Shown: positions 1-13,615 of the stretch, piece after piece
Layout of the letters: every line of letters starts with the position of its first letter
How positions within the stretch are numbered: the first letter of the stretch is position 1
NCBI GenBank assembly: GCA_013239625.1
Contig: MU054323.1
Coordinates: 992,001-1,056,000, forward strand
From: Lama guanicoe
Taxonomy: Eukaryota
DNA length: 64,000 bases
Direction of reading: 5' to 3'
The notes under the pieces: generated by a model
Database searches by the model: none
What the model was told of the DNA's origin: nothing
What the model saw: the letters and a program-made list of their open reading frames with translations, nothing else
Program-made: the position numbers and the translations under genes

Positions 1-135
1 TTTCAATCACCCCCAAAAGAAACTCACTCTCATTAGTAATCACTTCTCAATCCTGATGCTCACCCACCAACACCCCAGGGAACCATTAATCTACTTTTTA
101 TCTCTATGATTTGCCTATTTGGATGTTTTATATAT
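1..135 (-). mobile_element. Old L1 (L1MB/MC/ME-type) 3' UTR fragment
   Basis: ATCACCCCCAAAAGAAAC...AACCATTAATCTACTTTTTATCTCTATGATTTGCCTATTTGGAT resembles the antisense 3' end of ancient L1s. Confidence 0.65.
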
Positions 136-189
136 GTTAAAATTTTAATAATAGAATGATCATTTTATATATGCTGAAATTTTAATAGT

Positions 190-1400
190 AGTAATAGAAA
201 TATACCAATGAATGCATAATTTCCAAGTCAACAGTTGCAGACTATTATATGAAAAAGATCATTCCAAAAGAATACAGAAATGAGGAGCAAGATAAATAGA
301 AAACAGAAGACAGGAATTCATAAAAATAAAATCAGGAAGTCAATGAGAAAATATAAAAGTGATTTACAAAGCCAACACTGCTGGGCTTTAAAAAAGATGA
401 TAAATGAGACAAAGGTGAGTCAAAATTGACTTAGAAAAAAGAGGTAATAATAAACAATATTAAAACTTTAAAAGAAGTGTATGAAGTTATAAGTTTGAGA
501 CTAATAATGATAAAAGAATAAGTGAGAAAATGAAGAACTTTCTTGAACATTTTCAGTTATCGGTGGTGACTTCAGAAGAAGTAGACAGTACAGACTGACC
601 AGTAAGCACTTAACAAATTGAAACAATAGTAAAATGTCTCTCACTCAAAAACATTAAGGCCCATGTTAATTACAAGGCAATGCTATTGAGTCCGCAAAGA
701 ATAATCTCTAATTTATACACTTTTTCCTCTCTTTAGATTAGAGAAGTGTTTTATATAAATTCACTATCAACATCTGACAAGGCAATAGGAAAAAAGAAAT
801 TATTGACCAATCATTAGTAAGTATGTAAATATAAAATGTACATATGTTGACAGAAAAATCAAATGTATCACAGAAATACAAAGATAATCCAGTGGCAGAA
901 TATCTTTTTCTTAAAGAAAAAAGAACACATGCTTACCTCAATATATATGGAAAAAATTTCATAATTTATATTTTAAAAATGGTCTCACTTGTACAAAAAT
1001 AGAAGGCTATTTCTATTACCAGATAAAGAATCTGCAACAGAAATGCACAGAAAAATTATACTTAGTGCAAAAACTTTAGAAACATTTCCATTGAAATTAT
1101 GAAAAATATGTGCCCACATTCAATGTAATTGTTCAACAAGGTATGAGAAATCATAATCATTGATTGTGTGGGAGACAGAAATACGAATAAGAATTTTAAA
1201 GAAAAAGACAAACTTGCTGTTATTTGCCAATTATTATGTTCTCCACAGAAAATTCAAGATTCTACAGACAAAATATTACACTTAATAAGAATCTTGAGCT
1301 AGTTTTCTGGATAAGAGATTAATAATAAAAATGTATTTGCTTTTTTTGCATCAATCAATATAAAATGATACTCAATATTTTAAAGATACCTGCAAATTTA
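190..1400 (+). mobile_element. Degraded L1M ORF2 fragment
   Basis: A-rich sense strand with L1 ORF2-like motifs (GAAGAAGTAGAC..., GAAACAATAGTAAAA, AGAAACATTTCCATTGAAAT, AATTCAAGATTCTACAGACAAAATATTA); many stop codons. Confidence 0.75.
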
Positions 1401-3931
1401 ATTTCTCCCCTTCCTCCCTTCTTTTTCTTTTATTATCATTTTCCTTCTTTTTGTTTTTTTGGTATTTTGTTTATTCTTTTCTCAGCTATTGCTAGGAAGG
1501 TCCCTAGAGTAAGTGTCTCCTGTGTGCTTGCCTTAGGGGATAATGACACATCCCAGGCTGGGGAGGAGAGTGGGCTCGGTGGCTGCAGCAGGAGAGAGAA
1601 GCAGTGGAAGTTCAGGCTCTCTCTGCACTGAGGGCAGAGCATCACCTCCAGGGCCTTGTCTTGCCATCCCTGCGATCCGATCCCCATCAGCACTGCAGTG
1701 CCTGGTGGGGAGCAGATGTGAAGGAGATGTGAGTTGTGTGAAGGCAGCCAAGAAGCTTCCCCTGTGACAATCCTCAGTGTAACTCTGACACTGCTCCTAA
1801 CGAGGATGAGCAGATGGAGGCTGAGCACTGGACACACATTTCCTTAGGTGTTTAATTTATTCCTAATAACCATAGGCAGAGTTCTCTGGCAAAAATCAGT
1901 TTCCTTTCTGTTTACATCAAAACTCATGTTCTCCATCAGTGTCTTAAAATCATTGGAGCAAAAATTTCATTGATACCTCATTTTGTTTAGAGAAACCAAA
2001 CTGCATAAAGTCATTTCTGCCCTTGTGACATACATTTTGGGGGAATTTTCTGTGAAGCAAAATTCTTTATGTTGAAAGTATCTAAATAGTGTCTAACAAA
2101 GCTAAGAGCAAAATTCAGGCCAAGAATATAGCCTCTCTCATAAGTGTAAAATGATATCCATTAAGTATTTCCCTAAAAATAAGTAGATTTTATATGTATT
2201 CTTCAAAATCTAAATCTTATTTAAAAGCCGTAGTGACCAAAGTTGATTCAACTTCAGTTGAAAACGTAATCTATTATTGGCTTGACAGCAATTGAAATAA
2301 TGCTGAAATAGACATAACTGAAGGAAAACTCATTTAAATCCTACGCAATCGGGAGAAGGATATCTACCCTGAGTTTTATATCTAGGGATCATTAATTGTG
2401 GTGGGAGAGAAAAACTAGGGATTTATATCTAGAATTGCCCCCAGATTTTGATGGCAGAGGGGACACCAGTCCAGTCCAGTGTGAGCTAGTAACTGCTTAA
2501 CCTCATCTGGACACAACAGGTCTCCAGACGCTGCTGGTGAAGATTCAGGGAAACAAAATTAGATGTCACGTGGGGAAATGAGAGAAACCAACTGGCAGTG
2601 ATATTTGGACACATGGTGAGACTCAGAGAGGTCTGTCTGTAGGCAGCAGGATTCCAGACTCTGAGTTGACATCTCAACTCCAGGAATCAAATACCTGGTT
2701 TGGGGACGAGTTGCCAAGGATAATGTAGATTGTCGTCAGGTTAATCAAGAAAAATATTTGGGCCCAGAAAACAAGACTGGAGCCACTCACCATACCTGAT
2801 ACAAGGTGGGTCTTGAATAGGGTAGCAGCCTAGTTACCAAGCTTGTGATCAAGATCAAGGACAGAGTATATATGAGCTTGGTGTTAGGTCTTAGCTTGTG
2901 AAGCTGGTGTTGGTGGATTATTTGGGTGGTTAGAGAAAGCTTGGGGGCAGAGAGAGCCTCGTGGCCAGGAGCCAGGGAGAACCTTCCCTACTTGGGAGCC
3001 TGTTGCAATAGTCTAGGTTAGAGAGGATTATGAGAATTTGACTTCGTGCACAACCTAGTACAAAATTCATCTACCTGACTTTTCCCCCGATGTCTAAGAA
3101 ATTCCAAGATTATTTTCCTTTTGACCTCTATGTTTGGGAGCTGGCAGGCAGACTCTGTTGTGAGGAAGAAAATGCATACAGGATATTGGATTACTGGTTG
3201 CTTCAGTTTTGTTTATTCCACCCACCGAAGGGTGGAGGTAGATTCTGGCCCAGAAAGAAGTGTGCAAAGAAAGGTGTATCTCACTTGAGGATCGGCCACT
3301 GGTTTAAATTACTCTCCAAATCTTAAAATGCCAGGCCCACCTCCTCCTTAGTGATTTTGTGGTAACAAACATTTATCTGCAGAAACAGAAATGAAATGTC
3401 AGAAGCAGCAGTCTTCAGCTATTTCTATTCCATGGATGAGTAGTTTTCTCTTTTATCACCTAGGAGAGAGGCCAACTTGCCTCCTGGATTCATCACTTAA
3501 AAAAAATTAGATGATTTTATTTCCTCGCCTGAGAGACACCTCCCTATTTTCCTGCCCCATAGATGACCCACATACCAGCTAATCACGGGCAAAGGACACA
3601 CTTCTGAATTCACCCACGGACATTAAACAATTGATAAACTAGAAGCGCATTTTGAAAGCCACAAAAACCTCATCTTCCTGTAACTGACTCCTTTCTGCAC
3701 TGCATACCAGCAGGCTCTGAGTTTGGATATTTGAAAATATTAAAGTCTCCTTGGGGCATTTTATGAAGCCTGGACATTAGAGATGGGGTGAAATGAATGA
3801 GCTGTGTGAGACCACTGTGGTGAAAATTGTTTAAATGAGGTCATAAGGTTGCCTGGGTGCACATCCCTGCAAAAGGAGGCTCCTTGGGGATTTTTCTCCT
3901 TGTTTGCTTTAGTGTTTTATCCAAGTGTAAA

Positions 3932-4566
3932 TGCAACTGAGCAGGACCCTGTGGACCCTTCCCAGGGACAGGCACCATTCCCACATGTATCTCCTGCCTG
4001 CCTCTTGTTTACAGAAAAGTTTGAGCCTCCTAGGCCTTCTTTGAGTTCCAAAGAACAAATTTAATCACAGAAGTAAGAAAATGCAGAAACAAAAGAGAAT
4101 AATAAGAATTTAGTCATGAAACAAAGTAAAGGACCTTTAGTTCCTCCTCAAGGGCTGTAGACACATATCCTGAGCCATAGCCTTGAGTTGTTCTGCAGAT
4201 ACTAAGACCCCCACAAGGTGGAAGAACTTAACTGCATGCTGACCACCGCCACGGAGACCCCAGACTGGCTGGAGCCAGAAAACTGATCATTGAGATTCCT
4301 GAAACACCATCCTGTTACCACACCATCAATCAATCAGAGAATTGTGCATGAGCTGATTATACATCCAGGACACTCTCCCTCACACTGTCTTTAAAAATCC
4401 TTCCCTGAAAGCCATCTGAGAGTTTGAGTCTTTTCAGCATGAGCTGCCCTTCCTCCTTACTTGACATCTTGCAATAAATGCTGTACTTGCCTTCCTCATA
4501 ACCTGGTGGAATTAGACTGGTTTTGCTGTGTGTCAGGTGAGCGGACCCAAGTTTGGTTTGGTAACA
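3932..4566 (+). mobile_element. ERV1-class solo LTR (~635 bp)
   Basis: TG...CA termini (TGCAAC...GGTAACA); TATA-like TTTAAAAA at ~4390; AATAAA at 4473-4478; ERV1-like 3' end GGACCCAAGTTTGGTTTGGTAACA; imperfect 4-bp TSD TAAA/TAAC. Confidence 0.8.
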
Positions 4567-5259
4567 TAACAGTTATTAAAATCGGCAATAAGGAATTTTT
4601 CCCCCTCAATATTACCATTCAGAAACTAAGTAGTTGAAATTATTCCTTAACTAGGGTTCCCCCAAAGGATTCAAGCCAGTATCCATAGTCCTCACTGAGC
4701 ACCTGTCGTGCTCCAGTCATTGAACAAAATAAAGATCCTGCCTTCAAGAAGCTTATATTCCACTTACTGGCGACTCCTTGAGGGAAGGACGATTACACAT
4801 GTCTCTTTAAAACGTTATCATCCAACAAAATGTTTGGTACACATTAAAGTTTTTGCAATGATACTGAATGAAAGTTTTCAATATATGGAGTTTGATATTT
4901 TATGAGCTCTCCTGGTCAAATAAAACTAGACTCGGGATGTATTTCAAAAGACACACTTTTTAGTGCACCCCTGGACTCACTAGAAAGAAAGAGGGCTCTC
5001 TAAAGGCTAAAAAAGAAACTAGCAAATAACCAAACAGAGGAAAAGACACTAAACTGAAACCAGAGCAGGAAGCAGAGTGTGAGTTACATGCTAATACATT
5101 CAAAAGAGATGCTGCCAGGAGGGCAGAGGTCCACCAGAGCTTTCACAGTCCAAGTCTAGAGCCACCAATACGCTCCCCTGTGTTGAGTCCGTTTCTCCAA
5201 GTGAACTAAAGGGAGCCCAGGTTAGACACTGAAGAATCCACTGTCTGTCTCTGGAAACA

Positions 5260-7290
5260 GTATACAGCTAGATTGTTTAAAATCTATTTTAAATCTAATC
5301 CAGCAATTTCTTCTAATTTGCCAGTTTAACCCATTTGAATTATCGTGATTGATATATTTGGACATTTCAAAATCTTGTTCTATTATATCTGGTTTCCTAC
5401 TGATTCTACATATCACTTGTCTCCTTTTATACATTTTGATAGTTTTTGTTTGTTATTTCCTTCATCTTACCCCCTCCAATTTAGAATTTATAGTCATTCC
5501 CTTGTGATTTTGCCATGCATATTTTTAAGAGTCTGAAGTTACTGAATATCTTACGTCTCCCTTCCCCATCCTGAACTATAAAAGAATGTTAGAACTTTGC
5601 TTTCTTTTACATCTTCTTTTGCGATGATCAACTATTATTATTATTCCATCTCTGCCTCTGTGCATTCTTACAGTTAAATATTCCTTACTCTTTTTCACTT
5701 AGTGATAATTCTAGAAATTGTAATTTACATTTTTGATGATTAAGATCTAATTTAAATGAGCACTTTTACTATTTCCTAGAAAATACAAAGCTTGGTACTT
5801 TGAGATTCTATCAACTTCTTTTTACCTAGTTACTTTCATACTCTTTATTTTAAATTCCGTAAGACGGCATAGCCAAGATTCATTTAGGTTTACCACATAG
5901 GCCCCGTTTTCATTGTTCTTCATTCATTTTCCATCTTCAGAATCCCACTTGGCATCATTTTTCTTGTGTCAGAAGAACACTTATTAATATTGTCTCTAGC
6001 ATGTACCTACTGGTGATGATTTCTCTGTGTGCCTCCATCAAAAGGCTTTATTTAACTTCCTTTCTGAAAGCCTTACAATACTGGCTTGTCAGTTACTTTC
6101 TTTCAGCACGTTGAGTGTAGCCTTACCTTGTCTTCTAGTGTTCATCATTTCTGCTGAGAAGTTAGTTGTGAGCCTCAATATATTTTCCTCTCACATTTGG
6201 TCACTTTTAGATTTTTCTGTCTTTATTTTTCAAGAGTGTTTACTGTATTTAACTTGATTTTTGTTTTATTTTCCTGCACTTCGTAGTATATCTTTGATCA
6301 GTTTCGGAAAATCCTCAGCTGGATCACTTCAAATGCTGCTCTGCCTTATTCTCTCTTTTCATTCTTGCGCTCCAGTGACAAATGTTGGAGTATTTCACTG
6401 GGTCTCATATGTCATTTATGTTTTTTTCTGAATTTTATCTCTCAGTACTTTATTGCTTTTAGTAAACTATATTCTGTGCCTCTTCAGTATATCTACTATG
6501 TTGTTAACGGTTTTCTATTGAACTTTTCAATTATCGTATTTTTAAAAATATTTTTCAGTTATCTGCTGAAATTCTTCATTTATCATCTTTTTTCTGAATA
6601 TATTAATAACAGTTGTTTTAAATATATTTCCTGATAGTTCAAATATCTATTGTCTGCTCTCCATTGTCAGATTTTCTCTTGATTTTTGATTAATTCTTAT
6701 TCTTTTGCATGGCCTGTTTATTTTTTTATCATGTGTTGGAGATTGTGTATAAAAATATGGAAATAATTTGATGCTCTCAATGATATTATCATTCTTTAGG
6801 AAGGATTTACATCTGTTTCTCACGGGCTGTTGGGGTAGGAATAGATCACCTTAATCTAATCAGAATGAGTTTAAAGTGGAGATCTAATTTTTTTGTGGAG
6901 ACTGGTTTATTTACAGTTCATCCTAAATTCCTAACTCCTAACATGCCAACTCTATCAAAATCCCACCTGGAAGTCTAAAGCGTTTAAGCAACATCTTCCT
7001 CTTGGCAGGCCAAGCTTCAGTTTTAGTCCCAGGAGATGGTCAAGAGCTCTGCTCAGATATTCAGCCACCAGCGTACATCAGCACATGCCTCGAAGGCAAG
7101 AACTGCACCAAATGCTGGGCTCACTACTCTGGTTTCCTCTGGTTCTCAAGATTTTCTTAAGGATCTTAACCTGTAATTCCTTTTTATTTTGGTAGTGCTT
7201 CAAAGCCTCAAATATTTTTTGTGGTATTTTTGCCCCAATTTCTTAGTTTTTCTCAGTGATGGTCTGATCTAAATGAGTACTCAACAGCCA
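5260..7290 (-). mobile_element. Degraded old L1 (5'/ORF1-ORF2 junction region), antisense
   Basis: T-rich strand with antisense L1M-like motifs (TTTAACCCATTTGAATTATCGTGATTGATATATTTGGA; CTGCTGAGAAGTTAGTTGT; GGAAAATCCTCAGC). Confidence 0.7.
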
Positions 7291-7444
7291 GAGGCAATCT
7301 CATTCTAACTGGGAAAACCTGAGAAGCATTCTTTTCACAATCAGGAACAAGACAAAGAAACCCGCTATTGTGCTGCAGTATAATTAAAGGTCCAGGAGAT
7401 CCTGGAGAGTGTGGTAGTGGAAGGAAAAGAAATGACTGGAGAAG

Positions 7445-7530
7445 CATGTTCAGGGTTTTCCAAAGAACCAGAATCTATAGGACGAGTATATATGTAGAAA
7501 GAGATCTGTTACAATAAACTGGCTCATGTT
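7445..7530 (-). mobile_element. MLT2 (ERVL LTR) 3' fragment
   Basis: CAGGGTTTTCCAAAGAACCAGAATCTATAGGA...AACTGGCTCATG resembles the reverse complement of the MLT2 3' end. Confidence 0.6.
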
Positions 7531-7539
7531 TAATTGTAA

Positions 7540-9080
7540 TTCATGAGAGTTTAGCAATTTATCAATTCTTCCCCAATTTTACATTTATATTTAATAAAAT
7601 TCCAACAAAAAGCACAACTCTGTTGTTGCTGTTGTTGGTTGCTGTTTTTGCTAAGTTTATTTTAAAATTAATATGGTGGAGTTGATTTTAAAATTTATAA
7701 GCAGAACAAACCCCAGGAGGTCTAAAACATGATAAACATTGCCCTATCAGATAGTTAATGTACTTCTCTAGAAATTAATGCAGAAATATTTTATGGTAAA
7801 AAAATTGCCAAAGAAACAAGATAAAGCTTTATGGAAGCATGATGTATCATAGAGTTAATGTTGCTGATCACTTTAAAAAGGATGAACTTTTCAATGAATG
7901 ATGCTCAATTAATTATCTAAATAAACAAAAGAAAATGGAAATTATATTCTTATCTCACCACATATACAAATCAATTCCAGGTGAATAAAGATTCAACTGT
8001 GAAAGAGAAGACGTAAACATTTAGAAAGGAATATGAAAGAATATCTTTATCATCTGAGGACTGTTTGAAAAATGGAGGGTTGCTAAAATAATAGTAAAAA
8101 AGTGGTAATATAAAACAAATACTGTTAAGTTCAGCTATTTTTAAATTAACAGCTTTTGTTCCACTAAACTTCCCCTCAAAAGAATGAGACAAGTTAAAAT
8201 TTGATGATATTTTGCAAACATATAATCAGAAACATTAATACAAACATACATTATTAAAAGTAACCTGCTTATCAACAGACGATGTAAATAATACAATAGA
8301 AAACATGAGCAAAAGATACAAATAGTTTTTTCATAGAAAACACAAATTAACAAAATGTAGATGTACATCATTATTAAGCAGAGAAATGCAAGTTAAAATC
8401 ACAATAAGATATTATTTTCCTCTCGTTATATTGGTTGTAACTGAGAAGTCTGTTAAGCCAAGTGAGAGATGTTTCTGACTGTACACAGTTCAGAGGACCA
8501 AAAAGGTGAAAATCACTTTGAAAAGCAATTACTCACAGCACAGCAATTCTATTTCTAGAATTATATGCTCTAGAGAAGCTCTTCCACATGTGCACTACGA
8601 AACATATGCAAAAATGTTCACAGGAGCTTGGTTTGTAATAGCAAAGCAAGATAAAATATTCATCAATAGAATAATGAATGTCCTGTGGTCTAATCACACA
8701 GGTGACATTACACAGCAATAAGAATGAACGCACTGCAGTCACACAACAACATGGGTGAATTTTAGAAACATAATGCTGAATGGAAACAAACAGAAAAACA
8801 CATACAATGATTCCATTCATAAGGAGTTCAGAATAAATAAAACTAAAAAATATATTCTTATATACGTATATGTAAATAGGAAAACTATTTGAAAACTAAG
8901 GGCAACCTGAGGATGATAAACACAAAATTCACAGTAGCTATTTCTTCTGGAGCGGAGCAAGGGTTGGGATAGAGTGAAAACATAGAAGCAGTGATATCTT
9001 TAAATGTTTGCAACTCTTTTTAAAGTTTGCTTTGCTTCATAGGTGACATATATACTATATATGTTTATTTGTATGTAGCA
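7540..9080 (+). mobile_element. L1ME-type ORF2 3' end and 3' UTR
   Basis: TATCTCACCACATATACAAATCAATTCCAGGTGAATAAAGA; GAAATGCAAGTTAAAATCACAATAAGATA; ACAACATGGGTGAATTTTAGAAACATAATGCTGAATG are typical of ancient L1 3' regions. Confidence 0.8.
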
Positions 9081-9669
9081 AAGGCTTTAAAATATGTTCA
9101 GTAGCTATTGGAGCAGAAGAATAAAAATATTAGGATATATACAACCCTCATGACTGCATAGTACTGCAAAGCATGCTATGGTAAAATAGAGAAAGCTGTT
9201 ACATCGTCTCATTTAATGTTGATGAAAATTCCATCATGAAGGTAGAGCAGTTGTTTCTAATCCAAGAGACAGTAAATTGCCTACCGTCATCATATAGTAA
9301 GTCAGGGACCTGATTCTGCTTGACCTACTTCTAGCTCTGTGTTCTCTATTAAATTGTGTGGTGCTGAAGGGTGAGGCTCACTGAAGCAGAGAGAAATGTT
9401 TAAAGAAACTACATGCCAGATCATGAGATAGAAAATAGATTGAGGATTAAATGGCACTGAAATTGGAGTTGTAGCTACAGTTGTTCTCCGAAGAAAAGTA
9501 CTGGCAAAGTAACAAAGAGTTTAAAATACTGCTTTAGCAAATGTCTTCATTTAACAAGGTGGTGAAGGAAAGGAAGCACCAAAAGATCTTATGTCCAAAA
9601 TATTTTCAGTAAGATTTGTTTTCTAATGAGTCTTATATAAATTAATTTGATGTTTATTTAAATAAAGAT

Positions 9670-10075
9670 TAAGCTTGGCTATGGGTAATAGTAAACCAAA
9701 AAATAACTGCAGTTTAAATCAGAAAGAATTTTATTTCTCTGAGTAGGTAATCCAGTTGTAAATTGGTGCTCCTTTGTGTTAAGGACACCAATCCTTACGT
9801 CTTCATGGCTCTGCAATGTGACTGCCATTGTCAAGTTCACCTCTTTATCCAAGATGGATACTGCATCTGTATTACAGCCAGCAAAAAGGGAAGAGCTGGG
9901 AGTATCACTCCCTCTTATATGATATTGGCCGTAAATTAGTCATATAGACACCTATAAATCCAAAGGAAACTGAAAAATGTTGTCTTCATTCTAGATGGCC
10001 AAATGCCTTGATAAAACATACAGGTTCTATTACCATGAAAGAGGGGGGAAATGAATACTGGGGGACAAATAGCTG
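9670..10075 (-). mobile_element. Old MaLR LTR (MLT1K/L-like)
   Basis: AAAATAACTGCAGTTTAAATCAGAAAGAATTTTATTTCTCT...CCAAGATGGA...ATTGGCC...TTAGTCATATAGACACC resembles antisense MLT1. Confidence 0.55.
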
Positions 10076-12369
10076 TCTTTGATGAAAATGAATTAATGAA
10101 TATTTCATTTATTTTATTAGCCATAGGACATAATACTGTGGCAGACCAATATTTACTAGATAAATTAAATGTAGGATAATCTATATAATTGGTGATTGCT
10201 TGTGCGTGAAGGTTTTACAGAACTTCACTCTGAATTATGGCTAAGGGACAGTGAGTCCTTCTTGACAGTGTCTGAACAATGGAAGGCTTTTTAACTAGAG
10301 ATAGATATCACTAGAAGAAATGAGAGAGATTGAAAAAGGTGAGAATTAAAGGCTTGACATCTGGAGAACGACCACAGTCATGGCTCAGATGAGAGTGAGT
10401 AAGTCTGGACTATAGTAAGGGGGTTATGTTGGTTGAGTACAGACTCCATGGGCATTGGAAAATGTAAAAAGGCAAGGGGATAAAGAGGGATTTAGGAAAA
10501 TTAACTGAATTTTTGTGCTGATACAAATTGACCACCCTCACCCTATAATAAGTCATATACTCTTTCAATGAATTTCAATTAAAGTCAACATAGCATATTA
10601 AAGTATTCCCAAAATACGCAATTAAGTTCCCTTAAAGATGGAAAAGACTCAACAACAGAAATGACACCAGACCCTAAAGGAACATCTTAAAATAATCTTT
10701 TTTAAACTTGCAGCATCTCTTCTATTATGCTTTCCTATTCATGTTTTACTTTCAAAACCACCTGGATTTCAAAAGCTTTTCCAATATATATTTTAAACTA
10801 AAATTTTAACATGTATGCTATATATTCTGGTCAAAAAATTTCAAATATAGAAGTTCATTAAGTAGAAAATGTAAGTTTTTATAATCCTTTCCTCCAAAAC
10901 TAACCACTTGGTGTATGACTGAAGCTTTTGATGATAAATACTGAGTATTTTTTCATTGTGAAAATACGTTTCAAGCTGATTATTTGGAATGAAAGAAAGC
11001 TTTAATGCATATTTTTTTGAATTAACAGGTAGAATGCCATTGGATTACAAAGAGAGCAGGAAACATGTACCAGATTTATAATTAGGCAACCTTACTTTAT
11101 TTTTTCTCTTTCCTCCCAATAATTCATAAATTCAAGGTCACATATATGTGTGCTATAATGCCAACATTTTATTTGAATTGCCCCAGTATTGGTGACAAGT
11201 GAAGTGCTGAGTGCTGCCAATGCTGCAATGCTTTCAAACTCCTTGGATGGAAATTTCAGTTAGTGTGTCTTTTTATTGAAAGCCAAATCTGTTGATATAG
11301 CTGCATTTATTTTCTTTTTAATCCACGAGCCACTTTCCTTTACTATGACAAAAAGAAGTCTACCAAAAGACTTTTTAAGTGAGGAGGTTTCACAGAATCA
11401 CTTCCATGTTTTATCATTAATACTTCATTCAAATCACACGTAAATGATCTAAATTTTTCAAAACACCCAGAGCCTCTACAGTCAAGTCTCTCGATCAGGC
11501 TGCAGGTATCATTTTTATAGCAGCTGTCTTTTCATGTACAGCAAAATCATTGACAATTTTGCTTTGGAATTATTAATTGAAAGTGCTCCACATTGAAAAA
11601 ATAAATGTCACTTTTATGAACCACCCCTTATTACTAAAATCAAAAATGAATCAATCCACTTTAACATTTTTTAAAAAAATTATGATTAAGAAAAAAATTA
11701 ATACTGAGTTCATAAAAATCTCACAAATTGCTGGATTCAAAATCAGTGCCTATTTCATTATGAATTAGTCAACAGAGATGGTATTTTTTAAATAAACTGT
11801 ATTGTTCATAACAGCCTATTAAACCCTAAAACTCACAGAACCAATCTCTAACCACAGAGGTAAAGGCTCCTTAGTGAATGATGCTGTGTTTCTGGCCATG
11901 TAGAAAACATCCCAATTTGCCTATCCTGGATTTTCCCCAAAGTGGAAAAAAATTCACAAATCTTATTAAAAGTTAAATTTCTTCATGGATTATTTTATCC
12001 TCAAGGACTTCAAAGATTAGTATGTTTTATAAATTATATCATTAAAAAATGAAATAAACAATTTTGATAAAGTTCTTAATCTTCGCTGTCCATACATTTG
12101 TCCTGCTAGTTTAACTTTAGATCCACAACTGGTTACTCCAGTGTTTCTTTTCAGCAAACTAAATTTTATTTTTCAAGTTGTCCTTGATGGATGCTTTCAG
12201 TCTACCCAATTCTTTTTCATCTAAAATAGATTTAGGTGTACCTATGACACAGGACATCATGTGCCATTTGATGTCAAGTTCGCTTCTAAGTTAATTCTGA
12301 AACTGACCTTAGAGGTAGCATCAAGATTTATTTATTTTTTGGTCAGTCTGGTTGTAATGATAATTTTTT

Positions 12370-12461
12370 TAAACCTTTTTTATTGATTTATAATCATTTT
12401 ACAGTGTTGTGTCAAATTCCAGTGTTCAGCACAATTTTTCAGTTATACATGAACATACATA
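12370..12461 (-). mobile_element. Young 5'-truncated L1 3' end (camelid-type) with 17-bp TSD
   Basis: TTTTTTATTGATTTATAATCATTTTACAGTGTTGTGTCAAATTCCAGTGTTCAGCAC..., flanked by TGTAATGATAATTTTTT at 12353-12369 and 12462-12478. Confidence 0.85.
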
Positions 12462-12796
12462 TGTAATGATAATTTTTTAACTTGAGGTAACATTTTAATT
12501 TCCATCAACCTTCTGAGTTCTTTTTTTCAAATTTGCACAATCTGCTTTTAATTGTCACTACAAGGAATTTCATCTAATTATTACTCATTTTTTTTTTGCA
12601 AAAGTGACAGTAGTTTTTAGTATCACCTGAATTTTCAAAAGAATAAAACCCGTACTTTAAGTGAGCATCAACTGCTTGCTGATTATATTGACCCAAACTG
12701 CTCACCACTATTTACTCATTACGGCTGAGACAGCATTTCTATTTTCCTCTCTTTGGGCAATCTGTAACTGTCTAAAGCCTTAGTTGGGTTATTCTG

Positions 12797-12900
12797 AGAG
12801 GAAAGAGAGAAGAAAGAGAGAGAGGGAGGGGGAGGAAAAGAAAGAGGGAAGGAAAAGAACAAAGGAAAGGAAGGAGGGAAGGAAGAGGGAGGGGGGAAAA
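12797..12900. repeat. Purine-rich (GA/GGAA) low-complexity tract
   Basis: About 100 bp of almost pure A/G, read directly. Confidence 0.9.
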
Positions 12901-13489
12901 ATGTTTCCCCTCTCACAATATTATTTCTAAAATTCACTCATTCGTTATCTAATACTTGCAGAACTCCCTTCAAGAGGGAAGAAATTATCTGAACAACAGT
13001 CACATAGGAGAGATTCAAAGGAGCTGTTGAAAGAGCATGCCCTTGTATTAAGAATTCATTAGATTATTGGTACAATTTGTCCCATTACTATGTGAGCTGA
13101 CTGATCTGTCCATGTGGTGCTCAAATACAACACAAAGACACAGGCAGTCTGGTTCACTCTGTTGACATCTGCCCAAAAGAATCAAGAGAGAACCCTTATC
13201 TATACACACAGAATGAGAGGCTTCTGCTGGGAGCCAAGGAAATATCCAGCTATCAACCATGACTGGCTCATACCAGGGTCGGAGAATTCATTGTCAACAC
13301 TTACAAAAAGGTACGAAGTAAGAGAAAAGTCACAAAAGCATCTTGTTAAAAGGTAACCCCGTTCCTGGGCAGAGATGGGGGGGGGGGGCAGAAATGCTCA
13401 CTATTTAGGAAGCAACTGCAATTCCTTATCCCCACTCTACCTGGCTATTAACCATCAATTCACAGCCCTTAGTTTTATGTTCACAAATC

Positions 13490-13615
13490 CCCCACAAAAT
13501 TATTGTTACCTACTCCCATTTAAAGATAAGGAAATCGAAGCTCACTGAAATTAACTGTCTCAGTCAAAGTCAAACAGCTAGTAAGTGGTGAGCTGGTATT
13601 GAACCCAGGCAGTAT
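13490..13615 (-). mobile_element. MIR SINE fragment
   Basis: CCCATTTAAAGATAAGGAAATCGAAGCTCA...CAGCTAGTAAGTGGTGAGCTGGTATTGAACCCAGGCAGT matches the MIR core. Confidence 0.8.

Noticed and set aside
1436..1837. 133-aa minus-strand ORF with a faint resemblance to sorbitol dehydrogenase (..GTAVLMGIGSQ..)
   Set aside because: The similarity is a few scattered residues, is not convincing at nucleotide level, and the ORF runs into a low-complexity tract.
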